From Octopus sinensis (lineage: Eukaryota): DNA of 7,251 nucleotides. Shown in pieces: positions 7,172 to 7,251 of this stretch (the stretch's first letter is position 1; the number at the start of each line of letters is the position of its first letter). Location: contig NW_021828929.1 of assembly GCF_006345805.1 (NCBI RefSeq), positions 1 through 7,251 of the forward strand, written 5' to 3'. The notes below the pieces were generated by a model. It was given only the letters and a program-made list of their open reading frames with translations. It ran no database searches and was not told the origin of the DNA. The position numbers and the translations under genes were made by a program.

Positions 7172-7251
7172 ACCCTTTTACCCTTTTACTTGTTTCAGTC
7201 ATTTGACTGCGGCCAAGCTGGAACACCGCCTTTAATCGAGCAACTCGACCC
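7172..7251 (-). mobile_element. 3' end of a young copy of the ~420-bp SINE family, truncated by the window edge
   Basis: TTTTACTTGTTTCAGTCATTTGACTGCGGCCA is identical to 2839-2870, and high identity continues to the window end. Confidence 0.93.

Overview
AT-rich eukaryotic intergenic or intronic DNA, almost certainly from an Octopus (coleoid cephalopod) genome, judged by recognisable octopus tRNA-derived SINEs and dense (TA)n/(CA)n/(TACA)n microsatellites. There is no intact protein-coding gene, and most ORFs in the track are translated microsatellites. The window is a mosaic of transposon debris: five copies of one ~420-bp SINE family at different ages (one full length), one complete copy of a second SINE family, a CR1/L2-type LINE 3' remnant split by the full-length SINE, a Helitron-like element with an internal ~145-bp tandem duplication and an enclosed LINE ORF1-like remnant, and an internally deleted DD37D (maT-type) Tc1/mariner element. 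The most unusual structure is a 370-bp near-perfect palindrome (287-656) with an 8-nt spacer. One candidate small host exon lies at 7017/7022-7090. I found no convincing new biological system. Family names rest on in-window alignment, manual translation and recalled consensus sequences, not on database searches.
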